NCBI GenBank assembly: GCA_018303945.1
Contig: JAGVXD010000019.1
Span: 2,975 to 66,974, forward strand
Direction of reading: 5' to 3'
Source of the DNA: Candidatus Pacearchaeota archaeon
Lineage (GTDB): Archaea > Nanobdellota > Nanobdellia > Pacearchaeales > GW2011-AR1
Length of the DNA stretch: 64,000 bases
Shown: one piece after another, positions 60,467-64,000 of the stretch
Layout of the letters: each line of letters begins with the position of its first letter
Position numbering within the stretch: position 1 is the first letter of the stretch
Position numbers and translations under genes: made by a program
Notes under the pieces: model-generated
Databases searched by the model: none
Told to the model about the DNA's origin: nothing
Seen by the model: only the letters and a program-made list of their open reading frames with translations

Positions 60467-61041
60467 TTAAAAATCTGTCAGATGTTAATTTTAAACTATT
60501 ATCAACTGCTGAATCTCTTGCAGTTGCAAGTTATAATTTTCCGAATCTTGCTAAACCTAAGATATTCAATCCAAATTATTTGCAAGCAGGAAGAATTGTA
60601 ATAACTAATGAAGGAGTTTGGATAAATCCTTTAACAGATGATAAAGGAAATATAATGATAGATGATAAAAAACTTGAAAATAGTCTTAATGGAGTAAGAA
60701 AAGTAAATGGAATATACTTGCTTGATGGAGATACTTCTTTTGTTCCATATGGTTCTTTTGAGCGAGGCGTACAAGAACACGGAAAGTTTTTATTATCTCC
60801 TATTGCAAATGATACTGAATATCCTAAAGGTGTTAATGTTTGGGGATTTGATTCAGTTAAAAAGCCTGTTGTGAGGGTTGTTGGCTTGTACTCCTTCAGG
60901 GTTGTTGGCTTGTACTCCTTCAGGGTCCTTGGCGATGGCAGGTTGGATGTCAGCGGCAACGGCTGGCTCGACGACCTCTACGGCTGTGCTTTTGGGAATT
61001 TGGTTTCCCCTGTTTCCGCGCGAGCGAACGCAAAAAAATAA
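60467..61041 (+). pseudogene. degenerate DGR-target-like gene with 24-nt tandem duplication
   Basis: No clear start; C-terminus RVVGLYSFRVVGLYSFRVLGDGRLDVSGNGWLDDLYGCAFG is NNC-rich; 60874-60897 is identical to 60898-60921. Confidence 0.6.
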
Positions 61042-61077
61042 GTAGATTTTATGTCTCTCACTATAAATTCAATAAAG

Positions 61078-61749
61078 CTAGATTTTTTCTAAAACCTTAG
61101 CCGCAATGTTCCTTGATTCACATAAAGACACAAAATGATTTGCATCTTCAACATTTCCAGCTACTCCTGCCCCATAATGCATGGGTATTGCGATGTAAGG
61201 ATTAAGCATGCCTGCTGCATCTGCAGCTTCCTCGGCGTTCATGACATAAGTGCCTGACACGGGAAGAAGAGCTACGAATATATTATCATGTTTTCCATAA
61301 CCGCTAAGTTTTTGCATTTCTGGTATCTTGTCGGTATCGCCTGCATGATAAACTATTACTTTATCCATCTTTATAATATAACCTATACCACCTTCAGATT
61401 TTGGATGAAAATCCTTGCCGATATTATAGGCAGGTACCGCCTCTATCTTTATGTTGCCTAGAGTAATCTCATCTCCTGATTCAATAATTTGCATCTCAAC
61501 ACCTTCAATGTGTGTAATTTTACTCTGCGCATCTGGCGTAGTTAAAATAATTGTGCCGGATTTTGAGATATTTCCTATATCCTTGATGCTGCAATGATCA
61601 GAATGACTGTGAGTAATTAGGATAAAATCTGCAGGTTCAACAACTGGTGAAACATTATATGGGTCTATGATTATTCTCTTTCCTCCGGGAGTAATTATGA
61701 GAAATCCATCATGACCTAAAAATTGTATATCTGCCTCGCCTATATTCAT
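61078..61749 (-). CDS. MBL-fold metallohydrolase
   Basis: ITHSHSDH, YHAGDT, IPMHYG. Confidence 0.9.
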   Translation of the reverse strand: MNIGEADIQFLGHDGFLIITPGGKRIIIDPYNVSPVVEPADFILITHSHSDHCSIKDIGNISKSGTIILTTPDAQSKITHIEGVEMQIIESGDEITLGNIKIEAVPAYNIGKDFHPKSEGGIGYIIKMDKVIVYHAGDTDKIPEMQKLSGYGKHDNIFVALLPVSGTYVMNAEEAADAAGMLNPYIAIPMHYGAGVAGNVEDANHFVSLCESRNIAAKVLEKI

Positions 61750-61779
61750 TTTAGAAAAAGTCTCTGGACGCTTATAAGT

Positions 61780-63081
61780 TTAATGGTTAATCAGTTCCGT
61801 CATTTTTGCTATACTAAGCATCCTGGCATCTTTTCCTTTGGCGCACATAATTTGCATCCCGATAGGAACTCCGTCTATTTTCCCAGCCGGAATTGAAATT
61901 GCACATATTCCTCCAAGATTTGCCGGAATTGTCAATGCATCATAAGCATAAATCTCTTCTATCTTCATTTTCATGCCTTCCCCTAATTTCCACGGAAGTC
62001 CTGGACAGGTAGGAAGCATGATGCAATCAACTTCCTTAAATGCCTGCTCAAATTCTTCCGCAATAATCTTCTTTACAGCAAGAGCTTTTTCATAATACGC
62101 TCCTTCAAATTCTGCCTTTGTTATCTCACTTCCTCCTAAAATTCTTCTTAAAACTTCTTCTCCGCACGCCTTCTCTATCTTCTTTCCATATCTTCTGCCG
62201 TCAAATCTTCTAGTTGCAGAGAAAAATTCTGAATAGACAAGAGGATAATATGTCTGAACAGCCAAATCAATGTGATTGATATTAATTTCTTTTTTCTTCC
62301 ACCCGTTATTTTTGCATATCTCGTTAATTCTCATGTCAATTAAATTTTGTATCCTGTCTTCAACACCTTTTATTTTTAAAACTCCCACCTTAATATCTCT
62401 TACTTTCTCAAGACTTATTTTGCCATAATCTTTTGTCATATTATCCCTCTCGTCTTTACCCCTGATAACATCCAGAACTAGAAATGCATCAGAAATATTA
62501 TTTGCCAATGGTCCAATCTGGTCAAGACTCATAGACAAATCAATTAATCCATACCTGCTAACAAGTCCATAGCTTGGTTTCACTCCAACAATTCCGCAAT
62601 GGCTTGCCGGCGTTCTAATGCTTCCTCCAGTATCGCTCCCAAGGGCAACATCGCAAAATCCTGCTGCAACTGCTGCTGCACTGCCTGAACTGCTTCCGCC
62701 TGCAACTCTATCTGGGGCGCGAGGATTATGCGTTGCTCCAAAAGAGCTATTCTCTCCAGACCCCCCAGCAGCAAACTCATCGCAGTTAGTCATTCCTATA
62801 ATAAGCCCGTCCTCTTTCTTTATTTTCTCAATTGCTCTTGCATCATAGCCGGCTCGGTAATTCTCAAGAACTTTTGAAGCGCAATTGCATATCATTCCCT
62901 TAACATTTATGTTGCTCTTAATAGCGAAGATGTAGCCATATAATCTGCCCTTGGATGATTTTTTATCAATTTCCTCCGCTTCCTTTACAATATTATCATT
63001 AATATACAGAAAAGCATTAATTTCCTTGTCCCGCTTCTTTATTTCTGCCAGATATGCCTTGGCTTTTTCAGCAAATTCCAT
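61780..63081 (-). CDS. gatA: Asp/Glu-tRNA amidotransferase subunit A
   Basis: GGSSSGSAAAVA, GSDTGGSIRTPA, RRILGG. Confidence 0.93.
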   Translation of the reverse strand: MEFAEKAKAYLAEIKKRDKEINAFLYINDNIVKEAEEIDKKSSKGRLYGYIFAIKSNINVKGMICNCASKVLENYRAGYDARAIEKIKKEDGLIIGMTNCDEFAAGGSGENSSFGATHNPRAPDRVAGGSSSGSAAAVAAGFCDVALGSDTGGSIRTPASHCGIVGVKPSYGLVSRYGLIDLSMSLDQIGPLANNISDAFLVLDVIRGKDERDNMTKDYGKISLEKVRDIKVGVLKIKGVEDRIQNLIDMRINEICKNNGWKKKEININHIDLAVQTYYPLVYSEFFSATRRFDGRRYGKKIEKACGEEVLRRILGGSEITKAEFEGAYYEKALAVKKIIAEEFEQAFKEVDCIMLPTCPGLPWKLGEGMKMKIEEIYAYDALTIPANLGGICAISIPAGKIDGVPIGMQIMCAKGKDARMLSIAKMTELINH

Positions 63082-63130
63082 AAAAAGTACTTATTTTCTA
63101 TATATATGAACTTTTCTTTTTTATATGCCC

Positions 63131-63598
63131 TTACCATGAAATTTTGGAGAATGGCTTCTTAATGTACATAATCTCCTGCAATTCATAAAATTCTATGGTT
63201 GTAGCAACCTGATCGTCAAAATATCTCAATTGATAATCTTTTTCATTCTTTGAATTAAATATTTCTATAGCCATTTCTTTTGTGCTTTCATGATTAATAA
63301 GAACATAATGTGCATCAATATCATATATTACGCCATCAATATCAATTTTATCTCCTCTTTTAAGCTGTGAAATGGGCTTAGAAGCACTCATCGTATAAGT
63401 TCCTTGTTGTACTGACTCATATTTTTCTTCAATGCCGTCAAGTTCTCCATCAAGCTCGTCTTCGCTCAAACCTTTCTTTTTTTTCAGCTTTGATTGTGCA
63501 TAATTTACATCCTCATCATCAGCAAATGCATCGTCTAAAGAAACTCCCCCATCTTTTACATTTTTCTTTGCCAACTTTATTTTCTTCTTAACTACCAT
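63131..63598 (-). CDS. hypothetical acidic protein
   Basis: ORF between gatC and gatA, overlapping the gatC stop. Confidence 0.7.
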   Translation of the reverse strand: MVVKKKIKLAKKNVKDGGVSLDDAFADDEDVNYAQSKLKKKKGLSEDELDGELDGIEEKYESVQQGTYTMSASKPISQLKRGDKIDIDGVIYDIDAHYVLINHESTKEMAIEIFNSKNEKDYQLRYFDDQVATTIEFYELQEIMYIKKPFSKISW

Positions 63599-63831
63599 TG
63601 TTTCTTCTCCGCAATAATGCACTCGTCATCGTGTTGAGGTGCATTTTTAAACATGCTCTCCCTAAAATCATCATCTTTAACTATCACTCCGTTTTCTTCA
63701 CGAAATCCCTTGCTTTTAGACATAAATGGCTTACTTTTCTCTATTTTAATATTCACCAATGCCTTGCTAAAATTTTTAAGAATGTCCTGGGCTTCTTTTT
63801 TAATTGATGTCCTCTTCTCTTCTGAAATCAT
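63592..63831 (-). CDS. gatC: GatC-like subunit
   Basis: FREE...FRESMFKNAP; operonic with gatA. Confidence 0.7.
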   Translation of the reverse strand: MISEEKRTSIKKEAQDILKNFSKALVNIKIEKSKPFMSKSKGFREENGVIVKDDDFRESMFKNAPQHDDECIIAEKKQW

Positions 63832-63876
63832 GTTTTTTTGAAATAAAACCACTTTATAAAGATATTGTGCTCCAAT

Positions 63877-64000
63877 TTATCTGAAAAGAATTAGTTTATA
63901 TCCGCAAGAGCCAAGATTATAGATTTTTGTTCTTCCTGATTTTACTGCGCCCTTGCCTTCATGAATATGCCCGCAAATTACATATTCTGGCTGATATTTA
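63877..64000 (-). CDS. C-terminus of a metallophosphoesterase (truncated by window edge)
   Basis: CGHIHEG...IYNLG; apparent one-base indel just upstream of the motif. Confidence 0.65.
   Translation of the reverse strand, partial: KYQPEYVICGHIHEGKGAVKSGRTKIYNLGSCGYKLILFR

Noticed and set aside
1..64000. CRISPR array or cas genes
   Set aside because: No regularly spaced direct repeats with unique spacers and no Cas-like ORFs.

Overview
AT-rich archaeal chromosomal segment, most likely from a DPANN lineage (Pacearchaeota/Woesearchaeota-like; inferred from gene content and BHB tRNA introns, not from a search). The backbone is housekeeping: map, cdc48, sec11, tfs, topA, rpl15e, metG, valS, prf1, mcm, aIF-2beta, ftsZ, gatA/gatC, mnmA and five tRNAs. 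Four accessory systems stand out. (1) A ~7.4 kb integrase element inserted at a tRNA 3' end (12640-20053) carries a MoxR AAA+/VWA-metallopeptidase operon with two paralogues whose C-termini look like diversity-generating retroelement (DGR) variable regions. (2) An integron-like array (21355-26220) has attI/attC-like sites, but its recombinase lacks the IntI-specific insertion and each cassette is wrapped in nested long-range inverted repeats. (3) One cassette holds a three-gene RiPP-like cluster with an unannotated Gly-Gly precursor peptide. (4) Two more copies of the same fold-back scaffold, with unrelated cargo genes, lie in a toxin-antitoxin-rich hotspot (36.4-40.9 kb). Three further DGR-target-like genes or remnants are dispersed through the window, but no reverse transcriptase or template repeat is visible. 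Several single-base indels and short deletions suggest sequence errors, so individual pseudogene calls need read-level checks.
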